Shown here piece after piece: positions 1-13,085 of a stretch of 64,000 bases of DNA. The DNA is from Tubiluchus corallicola (Eukaryota; Animalia; Priapulida): the NCBI GenBank assembly GCA_030141605.1, contig JAQGDQ010000395.1:1-64000 (forward strand), in the 5' to 3' direction. Numbering within the stretch: the stretch's first letter is position 1; every line of letters begins with the position of its first letter. The translations under genes were made by a program, and so were the position numbers. The notes beneath the pieces were generated by a model. It worked only from the letters and a program-made list of their open reading frames with translations, was not told where the DNA came from and did no database searches.

Positions 1-46
1 AGCCAGAAAAAAACTGTTAGATTTCATGAAAGTTACTGTGTTGTAT

Positions 47-691
47 TGATGATGTTGATTGATGACGACGACGACGACGACGATGATGATGCTGATGGTG
101 ATGATGATGATGACGATGACGATGACGACGATTATTATGATGACGATTGATGACGACGACGACGACGACGATGATGATGGTGGTGGTGATGATGATGATG
201 GATGACGACGACGACGATCATGATGGTGGTGATGATGATGATGATGATTGATGACAACGACGACGACAACGATGATGTTGGTGGTGATGATGACGATGAC
301 GACGATTATGATGATGATGATTGATGACGACGACGACGACGATGATGATGGTGGTGGTGATGATGATGATTGATGACGACGACGACGACGACGATCATGA
401 TGGTGGTGATGATGATGATTGATGACAACGACGATGACGATGATGATGATGATGATGATGATGTTGTTGATGATGGTGATGATGATGATGATGACAACGA
501 CGACGACAACGACGATGATGATGACGACGACGACGACGACGACGACGATGATGATGATGATGATGATGACCATGACGACGATGATGATGATGATGGTGAT
601 GATGATGACGACGACGACGACGACGATGATGATGATGATGCTGCTGCTGCTGCTGCTGATGACGATGACGATGACGATGACGATGATGATC

Positions 692-764
<73 letters not shown>

Positions 765-808
765 CGACGACGACGACGACGATGATGATTATGACGATGA
801 CGATGATA
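47..808. repeat. (GAT/GAC)n trinucleotide microsatellite
   Basis: Long imperfect GAT/GAC run; explains the poly-D/M/S ORFs. Confidence 0.97.
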
Positions 809-1332
809 AATCTTTTATTGAAAATAAATAAATAAATACCTACAGAGGTGCCTCTATTTGCACGCGTGAAGTTTAACTTGTTTAAAAACTGTTAGTTCAA
901 TTAATAACATGATAACATTTTGACAACATTCTATTTATCTTTATCAGTTGCTTTAACAACCAAAAAAATAAATAGCGACTGCTTAAATTTTGTTACTTTG
1001 TTTAATTTTAAACGTTTTCATAATTATACATTTTAGTTACATTCCACTCGTATTACAATGCTAAAATTATTCATCTATTCGTGTTTTGACACATTGACTT
1101 ATTTGCATTTTTAAAAAAAAACTTTCTCAAATTTGTCAAAACATGTAAACACAGTTTCATAAGTTGTTATATACATATATATATATATATATATAGTTTA
1201 GCTCTCATAGTATATACACAACAATTATGTGTAGTGTTGTAGAACTGTTTCACTTATATCGTGACAGTTCAATTAAAAAGGAGAAAACATCTAATGAAAC
1301 GAAGACATTGACCGTGTTTCTTGTTAATCTAA

Positions 1333-1996
1333 GGCCCATTTCACAGGGTAAAAATTTCCCCTGCAGTTCCGCGTGAGGAATTCTACCGCCAGCTAGAAGC
1401 TATGCGTTCTCCTCGTGAGGAATTTTGTCTCATGGTAGAAATACTGCATGTACTATTTTGATAAGGAATCCTCTCGAAATTTGGTCTTAAATTTAACTAC
1501 TCAATTACTTCTTTCTCATTTAACGAAGCAACAAATAACGCATTTCAGCATAAAATTATAAGATTTAATTTTTCTTTTAACAGAATGACGATTTTATGTT
1601 TTATTAATGCAACGTAGATGGCTATACTCATGAAAAAGAAAAATAACGCACACACATATTTATTTTATATATTTATATTTTCAGATTTTGAAGTGGTTAG
1701 TAGAACTTTACTAAAAAGAAAAACAGGTCTGACATTACATTGACTAACATTATTAATTGTGTTTTGTATACGAGAAATACAGCAAGTATAACTTAATTTA
1801 GACATGATACAGTACAAAACTCTCAAAGTAACTGCAGCTAACTTGACGCGCGTAAAAAAACCGCGCGGTTTCTCTGTGAAAGAATTTTCTTTCTGCAAGG
1901 AATTTCGAGAAAAATCGGAAAATTTCAAAAAAATTTCTGATTTTCTAACGGTAATTTGCTGCGTATTTTTCCTTGCGCCCACATGTGAAATGGCCC
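1333..1996. mobile_element. PIF/Harbinger-like MITE
   Basis: TIRs ggcccatttcaca (1333) and tgtgaaatggccc (ends 1996), one mismatch; TAA on both sides; no coding capacity. Confidence 0.8.
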
Positions 1997-2008
1997 TAAC
2001 GCTCTTAC

Positions 2009-2185
2009 CATTCTGTAATCCTTGTACGTATACTCATCAAAGCAAATCCCCGAACCATATATGTAAGGATCAGCTGCAATATTAGCTCTGGTCATTGAAT
2101 ACATGAGGTCATCGTTCATAAATGGTGGCGTTCCATTGTACAGCATCCATAGACCTGTTAGTGAATTGGCTACAGCCGTTGGAAC
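2009..2185 (-). CDS. Internal exon resembling the extracellular Cache-like region of GPR158/GPR179-type class C GPCRs
   Basis: 177-nt open phase-0 exon bounded by AG and GTAAGA on the minus strand; VPTAVANSLTGLW...DDLMYSMTRANIAADPYIYGSGICFDEYTYKDYRM recalls the 'LY..VR.NV..D..I.GS.I.F' motif. Family call from memory only. Confidence 0.55.
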
Positions 2186-2529
2186 CTTTATAATAAACAT
2201 ATATAAATAATAAATAATAAATAAATAATTATATTTATAATAAATAAATAATTATATTTATAATAAATAAAAATAAATTATCACATCACGCGATATGTAA
2301 TAAGCCTTTTCATAGTTCTAGCGATTGATGATGATCATGAAAAGGTCAAAGGTTAAGCGTACCAGACAACGCATTTGTGTACACTTGGCAACGCCTCGCA
2401 GCCCATGCTGTTGTAATAGTAACTGTTTTAAGTAGTAGCTAGAACCTTACCTAGTTCATTTTTTCTTGTTCCCAAGCAAGATCCTTCTAGCAAATCACTC
2501 TACGAACAGAGTAATGCATAATTAAGTAA

Positions 2530-2828
2530 AATACTTCCCCGGGGCCTCACCCTCCAGGGAGGCCTCGCGCCAAGGTAACATTTTTTTGCTTTATGTGAAC
2601 GTACTGCCGTTTGGTTTGGTTTGGTGGTTTGGTGGTTTTTTTTGTTGTTTTTCCTTTACAACTGTATCTCCATATTTTCTTTGAAAATGCTTCTCCGGCG
2701 TTCTAGCAGTTCAAAAATTTTCTGGGCGCCAACGGCAGCGCCCGCCCCCCGGCACTTCGCCCCCCCCCCAATGGGGCCTCAAATGCCCCACTTCCACCGG
2801 GCCTCGCCTAGGCTGAAATAGGCCCTGC
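2530..2828 (+). mobile_element. 5'-truncated copy of the hAT-like MITE at 5171-5450
   Basis: Colinear similarity to 5200-5450, ending in gaaataggccctg. Confidence 0.75.
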
Positions 2829-3125
2829 TAGCGCCTGCATTTCGGAAACGCACTGCACAAAAAACAGGTACTGCTCTCAGTTCAGATGTGTTAGTTTCTG
2901 ACGAACTGCACACCTTCAACAGCTCATGCGCGGGATCAGCGGTAAATTTGAAATTTCAATTTTTATCTTAAAAATCACCAATAGTTAGGCTCACCGCCGT
3001 TAATTAAGTTTTTAATCTATTATTTAATTATCAGAAACGCTTTTGCACTACTAATTGTGTTAAATGTATACTTTTTACCAGACTTGCATATGGTATGGTA
3101 TATGAAAAATCATTCTGTCTTGTTT
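2829..3125 (+). mobile_element. Partial Kolobok-like MITE, family A
   Basis: Matches the right half of 19333-19939 and 23164-23783 (ctctcagttcagatgtg...gaaaaatcattctgtc). Confidence 0.7.
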
Positions 3126-4024
3126 AAAGTTATATTTTTTGCGTCTACAATTTAGATTTTGCACTGACGCATTTGCCTCCAACACTGTATGTTTTTTGAC
3201 TTTCACTGATTGAGAATCTCAAAATTTTCCTATGATTCTCAATATTATTATGGTAAATAAAGATGTTACTTACTTACATACTTAACATACATGGTTTCTA
3301 TTGTTGGAAAACATATATATTTTTATTTACAGATTGTATTTTATGAAGTGATAATGTAAGTAAGTACATCATGATGTCTATCTCATTTGTTTATTAGTTT
3401 TATTTACAAAAATATACAGGCAATAGACAACTAGCACTAATAATATTTTTCCAGAACAAACTTTAGATAAAACCATTCAGTGTAATGCATTAACGAAAAA
3501 CAACAAAGACTTCTAGTTCCTGAACTTTATTGCTAATTTGGCTGTGTGTCCAGGTGACAGCTGGTCCCCAGGTGGGAGTGTATGCAACACAGTGGCGTGC
3601 AGGGGGTCGTGGAGGAACGCATGCAAGTAGCTAGGGGGTCTGGGGAGCTTACAGCAGGGTACGGGGCGGAGCCCCGGCCACCAACACGTTCTCTATTATT
3701 TAAGGGTATTTTGGAGGCTTCAAATGAGATCCGAATTCTGGTACAAAAACGTGAAAATGTACTTATAATAAATCTAGTTTTAAGCAAATTTATCTATAAC
3801 TTTTGTAGCTAGCGTAGAGAATATATTATAGCTATTTGAAAATCAGTGGCCCTGTGGATGACCTAACAAATTTTAGGCCTCATTCCTTTTCTTTTATCCA
3901 GTGCTTACCTAAAATACTTGAGAATGCATTGCATAAACCAAGTATTAACTTACTTTAAAACCTTTAATTCACCAAAATAACAATTCCAATAACAAAATAC
4001 AATACCAGCGTAAAATGTTAATGA

Positions 4025-4063
4025 ATAATAATAATAATATTATTATTATTATTGTTGTTGTTG

Positions 4064-4103
<40 letters not shown>

Positions 4104-4158
4104 TGTTGCTGTTGTTGTTGTTGTTGTTGTTGTTGTTATTATTATTATTATTATTATT
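4025..4158. repeat. Compound AAT/ATT/GTT/GCT microsatellite
   Basis: Visible directly. Confidence 0.95.
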
Positions 4159-4192
4159 GGCAATATTAGTTAATTATTAGAAATATTTACAA

Positions 4193-4702
4193 GTGCTCAA
4201 GTTTCAACATGTGTTCATTCTGTATCTATTGATTTTTTGCTCTTTAAATCATTGTGACGTAACAGCTGTTCAAAATGGAGCTGTAACTTTGAGGCTTTCC
4301 GATTTGAGGCAAGATGATGGTCCATCTTGGGATGAAAGGATAGCAAAAGAATGTGAAAAAGAATCAAATGATGTACATGCGATGAACTACATAGACGATG
4401 TTGACGACAATGTGCGATACGTTACACTAGGAAACATCAAAGGCAGACTGGGCAATAAAATGTTCCAATACGCATCATTGTACGGGATAGCCCGTGGAAA
4501 TAACTTTACTGCAGTGATGCCTAGTTCTTTTAGCTTGTACGGAATATTTACTCAGTTGGAAATACCGGTATTCACTTGCACGGCAAAGTACAAACATTAT
4601 CGTCGTCAAGTGGTGGAAATTAAATTAATATTCCGTGATAAATTCTATCCCAGATTATGTAAATATGTACAGTCAGTGAGAATTCCACAATACAAAGTAT
4701 GA
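4193..4702 (+). pseudogene. Alpha-1,2-fucosyltransferase (GT11 family) N-terminal fragment
   Basis: Hydrophobic N-terminal segment, stem region, then GRLGNKMFQYASLYGIA (GT11 motif I). No ATG at the ORF start and no downstream HVRRGD motif seen, so a truncated copy or a single exon. Confidence 0.65.
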
Positions 4703-5170
4703 AGGAACGTAAAACATGTACAGTCAATGTGATAATCTGGAAGCATGAAAGCGAGAAAGCGTGTATCTGAGATTAATCTGAGAATATGAGAATATGAGAA
4801 CCAAACTTGAGAAGCCAGCTCCGCCTTATATAACAATACAAATGGACAACACCTGGACAATCTACAAACGACTACGCGTATTACGTATAGAAAGTTCTAG
4901 AATCTACGATTGCTTCTACAGGTAAAAAGATTGGTTCTACTATACTGTAGAACATTCTACAATATTCTATTTAATTCTAGTGGATCTCCACAACAATGAA
5001 GTATACACATTTTCCGAAGAAAATAAGAATTTTTTCTAAAATGTGATGCCCCTCAAACTTTTGCGCCCGATGCTATAGTCTAGTTAGCCTATTGGTTAAT
5101 ACGTCCCTAGGAGACACTGTCAATAACCGTGTTATGGTAGGCCTCTCAGACTTCGCAAACAATTCACATG

Positions 5171-5450
5171 CAGGGCCTATTTCAAGGGGGGGGGGGTGGG
5201 GATACTTCCCCGGCCCCTCACCCTCCAGGGGGGCCTCGCACCGAGGTAACAATATTTTTTTGCTTTATGCGAACATACTGCATAACTCCATACTAACTCG
5301 TACTGCATTTTCTCTTTGAAAATGCTTCTCCGGCGTTCTAGCAGTTCAAAAATGTTCTGGGCGCCAATCCCGGCGCTTCGCCCACCGTCCCCCCAGGAGG
5401 CCTCACACGCCCCACTTCCCCGGGCCTCGCTTAGGTTGAAATAGGCCCTG
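5171..5450 (+). mobile_element. hAT-like MITE
   Basis: Perfect 15-bp TIR cagggcctatttcaa / ttgaaataggccctg; imperfect 8-bp TSD ttcacatg / cacacatg. Confidence 0.85.
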
Positions 5451-5734
5451 CACACATGTCATGTGGCGGTTGTAGCTAAGACTCGTTACTAGGTTAACTT
5501 AATCTTTGACCTGCAGCTACTGCGCGTGCGCACAACGAAACTGTGAAGGAGCTTATTGGATGTTCACTAATCGTTAAAATTAAAAATTAGTTGCTAGATG
5601 TATATAAATCTCACGTATAAGATACTAAAACAATTTCTTTGACCAGGCAATAATGATGTGGGAATGATTGGAAGCCATTGACACGCCGTCGATGTATAAG
5701 TCGAGTATATAAGTATATAGGTGAAACTGGCTGT

Positions 5735-6265
5735 ACATGGGACCAGTCCTATGGAATAGACTAAGCCGCAATACAAAATGTAGTCACTCCCTTTCAAGTT
5801 TTAAAAAACCGTCAGAAAAGAAATATTTCAAAGGTATTGAGAGTAACACAGTTTGATAATGGTAATCACCTGCATTCTTTTTCCACAGTAATCTTAATAA
5901 AACGTGACTATGCTCAACAGGTAACTGAACACTTTATAATCATGATCACAGTTTTTCTTAGTTCTCGCTCCATTTCATCTTTCATTCACTACTCCCCCCA
6001 CATTTATGTATATATTATCATTATTTCAATTATTAATCACTTCTTTAAGATTTCCACGTACAGTTTGGCCTGTCAAGCTATGCTTTTAGGCTCAAACTGT
6101 ATGCATCAAAATTATTCTGTAATGTAATTTGCACATGTATATATCTCTTTTGTAATTTCTGGATAATATTGCATTTATATTTATATTTACTTCAGTGAAA
6201 TTATCTGTATTTTTATTATAGCTGTTAGATGCAGAGTGGAAATAAATAAACTTATATACTTATAT
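5735..6265 (+). mobile_element. 3' end of a CR1/L2-type LINE (ORF2 tail and 3' UTR)
   Basis: Encodes GPVLWNRLS..; close copies at ~44030-44620 and ~54570-55160; ends in aataaataaactta. Confidence 0.8.
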
Positions 6266-7340
6266 ACATTGAATAGAAAGTAGCAGGAGGGTATCCCGTA
6301 GGAGCTGTTTCTGTTCCGAGTTTGTTGACTACAGTGTCAGCAGTTGATTTTAGACATTTTTACCCCATGACCTTGACTCTTGATCCAAAGCTCAGTGTAG
6401 TGGGTGCATAGGCCTTTTTTGGTTTTAATTTAGTTTTCAATTACTGCCACGGTGCTGACACCTGTTTGTTGATTTAGTAGGCATTTAGATTTTACAGTAA
6501 TCCCTCTTTTAAAATTGAAGCACCTAATATACTTGAATGCATTAGCATTTTGGCCTTTCGTGAGCTATAGCTGTAGTAGTTGTATGACATTTTACCCGTC
6601 TTTTGGTTCTCTCCGCCATTACTCTATTTTTCTTAGGCATTATGACTGTGAATTTCTTACAAATTTATTGTTGTGACATTGTTGTTCTTAAGGCAACTTG
6701 GAGTTCTCATTCCTGTCTTTGTAACTGTTAAAGACTCTAACAATGTAAGTTATTATTAATTTCAATATAGTCTACATAATTTTCATATCAGTACTTAGTT
6801 ATAGCAATACATTTAATCATGCAACTAATTTTCTTCTATTCAATGCAAGTTAAATTAAATGTTAATAATTGTCTTTCAGAATAAAGAAACTTTTGGTCAA
6901 CAAGTTAAACTGGTGTTTTGTATCCATTTCACTCAGTAAGTTTCCAGCTCTTAGATGAGTCTATCCATCTCGCAAATTTGGTGATTACAATTTTCTGCTC
7001 TTTCGTAATTATAAATTAGCAGATAGACAGTTAACTAGCTACTCAAGTATGGGTGAACAGACAGAGTATGGGTGAACAGACAGACGGACATACAGGCTTT
7101 GGTCGAGCAATTTAACTACAGTTAAAACAGTTTTTCTAAGTTTTTCTCGGAAGTCCGTAAAAGAATAAATAATACTCATTTTGCTGAGGATATGATACGA
7201 GAAAAAAGTTAGCAAACATTTAAAGGGTATAGTGCAAAACTTTTGAAGGCGCGGAATTCAAAACATATTACGTACCATCTTGAATATTTAAAATTTACTT
7301 TAGTGAACGAGTCATCCCGGTACGTAGAAATAATAATATA

Positions 7341-7788
7341 GGTTTTACACGTTAAATGTAGACACAGGAAAGTTCAAATGTGACTTAGGTAAGTCAAATG
7401 TAGACACAGGAAAGTTCAAATGTGACTTAGGTAAGTCAAATGTAGACATAGGAATTTCGAATGTGTTTTGGTAACTCAAATGTGACTTAGGTAAGTCAAA
7501 TGTAGACATAGGAATTTCGAATGTGTTTTGGTAACTCAAATGTGACTTACGTAAGTCAAATGTAGACATAGGAATTTCGAATGTGTTTTGGTAACTCAAA
7601 CGTGACTTAAGTAAGTCAAATGTAGACATAGGAATTTCGAATGACTTACCAAAAACGCTTAAGATTTCTTGAAAACCATTGTTAACACATTTGAACTACC
7701 TAAGTCTACATTTGAGTTACCAAGACACATTTGAATTACCAACATCTACATTTGAGTTAACGCAGGTCTACATTTGACATGTAAAACC
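7341..7788. mobile_element. Foldback-like MITE with internal tandem subrepeats
   Basis: TIR ggttttacacgttaaatgtagac / gtctacatttgacatgtaaaacc flanked by TATA; internal caaatgtagac and caaatgtgact repeats in both orientations. Confidence 0.8.
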
Positions 7789-9567
7789 TATACTTTTTTT
7801 ATAATTGTTTTCGTCTAGCTTACATTCTCCGTTGTATAAAGTTTCATTTATTAATTAGCTAAATTCAGTTTTAAAAGTCGTACTGAAGTTAAAAGGCTGG
7901 AACATCCTGTCTGCTTTGTGTAACATGAATTCATGAACATTATTGACAACCTTTCATCATCACGTTTCACTAATTAACTGCATTTCTAAAAGACAACTAG
8001 TGCACAGTAGCCCTACGTGACGTTCAGGGTGTCTCGTGACCTTATTGTCGCCTAATTGTTATTATTATGCTTTTGTCATCAGCTCTTCATTAGCAATATC
8101 ATATTCCAAAAATTAGATTAGATGTACGTATTCTGCTGCGCTAAGTGGCCGACAAAAACGCGGTACCGTTATCATGAACTGCAGTGTCCGTTTGTGACGT
8201 CAGTGTTCTACGCGAGTACATTTTTTTACAAAATAATTTAATGTCGTCGACTCTTCATACGTGTTTATCAGCATCAATCCGTACGAGTTTAACCCTTTCA
8301 TACCCATTGTAACATCTAAGTTTCTTGCAAATTAGTACTGAATGCGGGTACACATCATATCTGCGCAGGCCTAATCTTAATTTTGATACATTTACATTAA
8401 TTAAGAATTCTTGACAGGTTCGCGAATTACTATAGACGTACTGCAAGACTGAATTGAAATGTCGATTATAGCACGTTGCACAGAGAACATTGTAGGCTTA
8501 ACGGGAACCAGGGCGATTGATTAGACTCAATCTCATTGTGATTTATTGTCCAACGTATACATTTTCTTATTATAAAAGTTAACAATTGTTTTGAGGCCAG
8601 CACCTTGGAGGATTAGGAACTGACTTGAAGACGGAGGGCTGGCATTACTATCCTCTTATATTTACCGTGTCGTGTTTGATATTTAATAAATGTGTTGCTT
8701 ATTAAATAAAGTCTTGATAGTTTGCCATGCCCATCGTGGCTACCTCACACGCCACGCAATAAACAACAATAATCAGCAAGCAGCTTTAACCACAAGAATA
8801 AATAAACTTTAATCAAACTATTTTACTAATTGGCCCATAGATGGAATTTTGGTTAGTTAGACCAAGAAAACTAACGCGGAACTGGTGCTGACAACCCACT
8901 GGCATATAGCAGCATCCATTTTTTGATAGATTATTGCTGTGTTTACCGGTTGAGAGCAGTTTTCTTTTATTTTTTAATTCTACCATTAACATTCTAATGT
9001 TAAGAGACGTAGCGTCGCGTTACAACCTTAACGGAAGCGGATACAATATTTTGGTCTTTTTAATTATGATTTCATTGCGCACTCAATTGAAACGTACATT
9101 AAAATAAAATAAAAATAGTTAAGAATAACCAACGAGAGACAAGAATTGGGACTGGGGTTTAAAATCTTAGCTACGATTATGTTTCTATATCGTGGTTTAA
9201 CGATTTCTGAAAATTTAGGTTTTTAGCAAATTTTTGGAAAGTTTTTTGCATTAATTGACATGACTAGGGCTAGCCGCAGGAGTAAACACACGCCTGCGTT
9301 TTGGCGAAAAAAGAGGCTTTTGTTGATTAATGAAACATTTTGCATGAAATGTGACGCGTTCAAAGCATCATTTGTAAGACAAGTAATCAGTGAAAGAAAT
9401 GTCGTATTCTTGAATAGTGTGTGGTATTTTGACACTGAAGTCTTTGTGCAACGCGAAATGAATTTGCAAATCCAGAATTGGCGTTACACAAATAAACAGG
9501 TAATAAAGACATGAACTGCACCTAGTGCATGTTGATGAACTTTAATAACAGCATTTGATAATATTTA

Positions 9568-10590
9568 AAGAACACGAAAACGGGTACCTGAAGTAGGTTT
9601 CAGTAAATTACACTACTTCACAGTAATTTCATGCATATATCGTACTCGTATTGAAAGGATTTTTTGTTTGTTTCATTTTAAATAATAATAATAATAAATT
9701 TATTTGCAAGTGTAAATATAAATACAATATCAAGAAACACTGGGAAGAAATAGATCTTAATAATAATGATTACATGACAGCGTGCATATAATAAATGGCA
9801 AGAACCAGAAGTAAAACTTGTTAGGTGCTTGCACCATTATAAACACGTCCAAATAATGAGAAAAAATAGATATTAATATATGATTATATGACAGCGTGCA
9901 TATAATAAATGGCAAGAACCAGAAGTAAAGCTTGCACCATTATAAACACGTCCAAATACTGAGAAAAAAAGAACAAAAAAAACCCGAAGGTTTTTAGGCA
10001 GCTTAAAAAACAGTTGTGCAAAGTAAGGATAGAAGTGATGGATAAAAGAATGTTCAAAAGGTAGGAAGAGTGGCTTGTGGAGCACTGTTATGACGGCGCC
10101 ATTATATGGCGCCACCTACGCAAACGTAAATTAGGGGAAGAGAATTATGCCCCAAAAAACTTTCCATGCAAATCTGTACTAAGCGTTCCACTTACCTGCT
10201 TGAAAGTCTTACGTAATTAGAAATAATAATTCAAAATGTTTGTGCCAGTTAGTAAAATGTCATTCGCTCATCCTGCAGGGCCCGCGACTCATTAGCCTAA
10301 AACGTATTTTTAAACTTATTGACAAGATGCGGTAGTTTAAAATTTTACTTAGTTAGCAACGTGTGCGCTACGAATGCTCTGATTATTTTTTCAAACTTTA
10401 CGCAATGTGAACTTGCTTCGAACGACCTACCATCAAAATGGCTGCGCCTAACGGTCATCGCGGGAGTTAAAATTTACAACCTTGATACAGCGTTACTGCC
10501 GACGCAAACCCTGCATGCAAAAAGGCAGTATGTACGTGGTGTAAAATTTCAAGACGAATTTTTAAGCTTTATGCAAGTATAAGATTTTTT
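9568..10590 (+). mobile_element. Kolobok-like MITE, family B, interrupted by an insertion
   Basis: Similar to 16963-17630 and 52783-53444 (gggtacctgaagtagg...); about 9680-10090 is unrelated inserted sequence. Confidence 0.65.
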
Positions 10591-10699
10591 GTGTTTAATG
10601 AAATATTTTGTGTATATAATACATACATACATATAAATTACATAGATATACATCGATGTAAATACATAGAATAAATAAACGTTAGTAGGTGCTTTAATT

Positions 10700-11168
10700 G
10701 GAATATATTTCAATATTGAAAACTACAAAAGCTTTTTTTATATCAAAGCTTAGATTAAATAATAATTACCTCGGATACTCAAATTTCGCTAAACTTTCAA
10801 AGCTACGCGCGGTTCAGTGAATTTACTAAGATTGGCAGCGGCGCCTTTTTGTCATGTGCGCGTGGCCGACAAATAGCAGGTGGTACCTTGATAAGCATGA
10901 TCATGAACTGCTGTGTTAGTTTGTGACGTCATATGACGTAGAGCCCATTTTTCGTGACATCATGCATTTAAACAGTACCGTCGGCCATTGCATAAACTGT
11001 GGTTAGTTTATGAGGTAAGCAACAGCCGTGTTCGGTTGCCGTTAATTAACTTCCTAAGCTAATTATTCAAATATAAGGAACAATTGTTAACTTTTATAGG
11101 AAAGGAAGTGTATATTTTGGGCAGAAAATTAAAATGAGATTGAGTCTAAACAATCGTCCGGTCTTCCT
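10700..11168 (+). mobile_element. Kolobok-like MITE, family D (right part)
   Basis: Similar to ~24940-25355; ends gtcttcct followed by TTAA. Confidence 0.65.
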
Positions 11169-11502
11169 TTAAATATGTGCATTATTCAGTCATTGTGTTA
11201 TCACTCTGACTCACTAATACTATGTACATGCATAGAATTGGAGTTACCGCATTACGGACAAGAGTGCCTACGTCACTGTATCAAGTGCCATAAAAGTTTT
11301 TATCACATTTCTGGGTCCTACCTGCGCCTGCGTGTTCCATTTTGCGTGATCGAACTCAATTGGCAACGTCTCGCCAGCGCCTCCGGAGCAAGGGCTGGTT
11401 CGAACTCGCTCCACGTACTCTAATGCTAAACGTGCGTTCTCTGCAATGAAAAAAAATGGAAAATTACTGTCTGTCTAATTATTATAATGTTACAAACCCA
11501 TA

Positions 11503-12048
11503 GTCTACGGCCATATCACGTTGAAAACACCGGTTTTCGTCTGATCACCGCAGTCAAGCAACGTAGAGCCCGGTTAGTACTTGGATGGGTGACCGCCTAG
11601 GAATACCAGGTGCTGTAGGCTTGCGGGATGCCCACACTGTATTTCGACACTAGGTGGAGGAGCAGCACAAGGCAGCCAACGGCTAGAGGGCGGAGGAGGT
11701 CAAGTGACCCAACGGCCATGTGTAGAGGAGTAAACCTTCCAAATCAGGAGTGGAGCCCCGAAGGCGGACCAGTGCAGCACGCTCACTGACTCCAGCAGCT
11801 CCTGCAGCCAACCTGGTGCCAAACGTATCGCTCCGCTTTCCTTTGGACTACACCAGGGAGGAAGAGAGGGGGTTCCTGTTGTCTGGGCAACTCAAGATCT
11901 CCATACACCTTGCCCAGGCGTGCGCCCTGGAGACGTTCAAGGATCAGAATGCTCAGCCACAGTCGACGCTGCAGCTCCATCAATGTGATCAATAACTGAC
12001 TCTCTTGGCACACACTCCATTGTCTTCCGAGACAGAAGGATGCCAACA
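11503..12048 (+). mobile_element. 5S rRNA-headed SINE with RTE-like body and tail, copy 1
   Basis: Full-length 5S-like head (11503-11621) without an oligo-T terminator; body shared with 29874-30367; remnant LSHSRRCSS* of an RTE ORF end; (CAA)n tail; TSD acaaacccata / acaaacccgta. Confidence 0.9.
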
Positions 12049-12564
12049 ACAAACCCGTAGTTAATCAAGTTTGGGCTAAAGTGAATTGAAGTCAAGCATA
12101 TTGGTCTATCGCTCCGCCTACGTTGTGACGTAACACGCTCAGCAGCATTCAGAACATCAGTTCCCGCTGAATAACAACTCTCTTTAGTAAACAACTTGAA
12201 AACTGATGTGTAATTAGCAGATAAACTAATTGAGCTTTTTCATCCACAAAATTAACAAGGCAGAAGTTAGTTTTACAAGATATTGTTACGAAGGCAGATT
12301 ATGACCAACCCCCTAATGTTAGTAATGGGTATGGTCGAGAAGCCCAGTCATGCAAATGTATAAAACAGAATGCACGCCGTAATTTGACGATTCCAACGTG
12401 GCCTTTCTGTCTGTAAGGGTGAATGCTGTAGGTTTGCTGATTTTATACCAAAGTCTGTCCACATGTCATGGAGCTATTGGTTGTGCATTAAAGTTCATTT
12501 TACATTCGCATTCTTTTTACTTTTCTCGTCTGCTGTAAAGTATTTCATAACTTGTATGCCGCTC

Positions 12565-12745
12565 TATACATTCTGAGGAGACGGATCGGCGCAAAGGAAC
12601 ACGGATACGTTACACTGGTGTCAGAAGTGGGATACATTGAGGAGACGGATCGGCGCAAAGGAACCCGGATCCGTTACACTGGTGTCAGAAGTGGGATACA
12701 TTCTGAGGAGACGGATCGGCGCAAAGGAACCCAGATCCGTTACAA
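12565..12745. repeat. Short tandem repeat, about 3 units of ~62 bp (gaggagacggatcggcgcaaaggaac...)
   Basis: Visible directly. Confidence 0.85.
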
Positions 12746-12877
12746 TATTAAAACGTTAAGCCAAAAAAATCTTCATAATTTAAGAAGAATATAGAGACAA
12801 AGTTTTAAAGAACTACAAAATGCACTGACAGGAGTGCCTAGACAGGTCCTTTCTGTAAAGTAACTAAGCCAGTTAAA

Positions 12878-13085
12878 GGAGAAGAAAAGGGGCACCCGAA
12901 GTAGGTTTCAGAAAAATCACCTTAAAAAATTATACTACTTTACAGCAATTTTATGCACATATCGTATTCGTGTTGAAAGGAATTTTCGTTTGTTTGCATT
13001 TTAAATCTCCCGCAATACTGTTCCGACGGCGCCATTACATGACGTCACTAAAATACGTAAATCAGGGGAAGAAAAGGAAATGTTG
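12878..13085 (+). mobile_element. Left end of Kolobok-like MITE, family B
   Basis: TTAA-aggagaagaaaaggggcacccgaagtagg, homologous to 52783 onward. Confidence 0.7.

Noticed and set aside
306-835. Poly-Asp/Met/Ser ORFs and similar ORFs near 22.3, 36.4, 47.2, 56.4, 62.8 and 63.4 kb
   Set aside because: Translations of microsatellites, open in several frames; no splice or domain support.
5110-5130. GDTVN peptide as an upstream guanylate cyclase exon
   Set aside because: Only five residues match; the expected TASRMES and CLF context is absent and the site is next to MITE sequence.
11503-11622. Functional 5S rRNA genes (also ~29874-29990)
   Set aside because: No oligo-T terminator, not in a tandem array, diverged from each other, and fused to a common body with TSDs: these are SINE heads.
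11750-12194. ORFs overlapping the SINE bodies (also 29997-30472)
   Set aside because: Incidental frames in GC-rich SINE sequence, with frames not conserved between the two copies.
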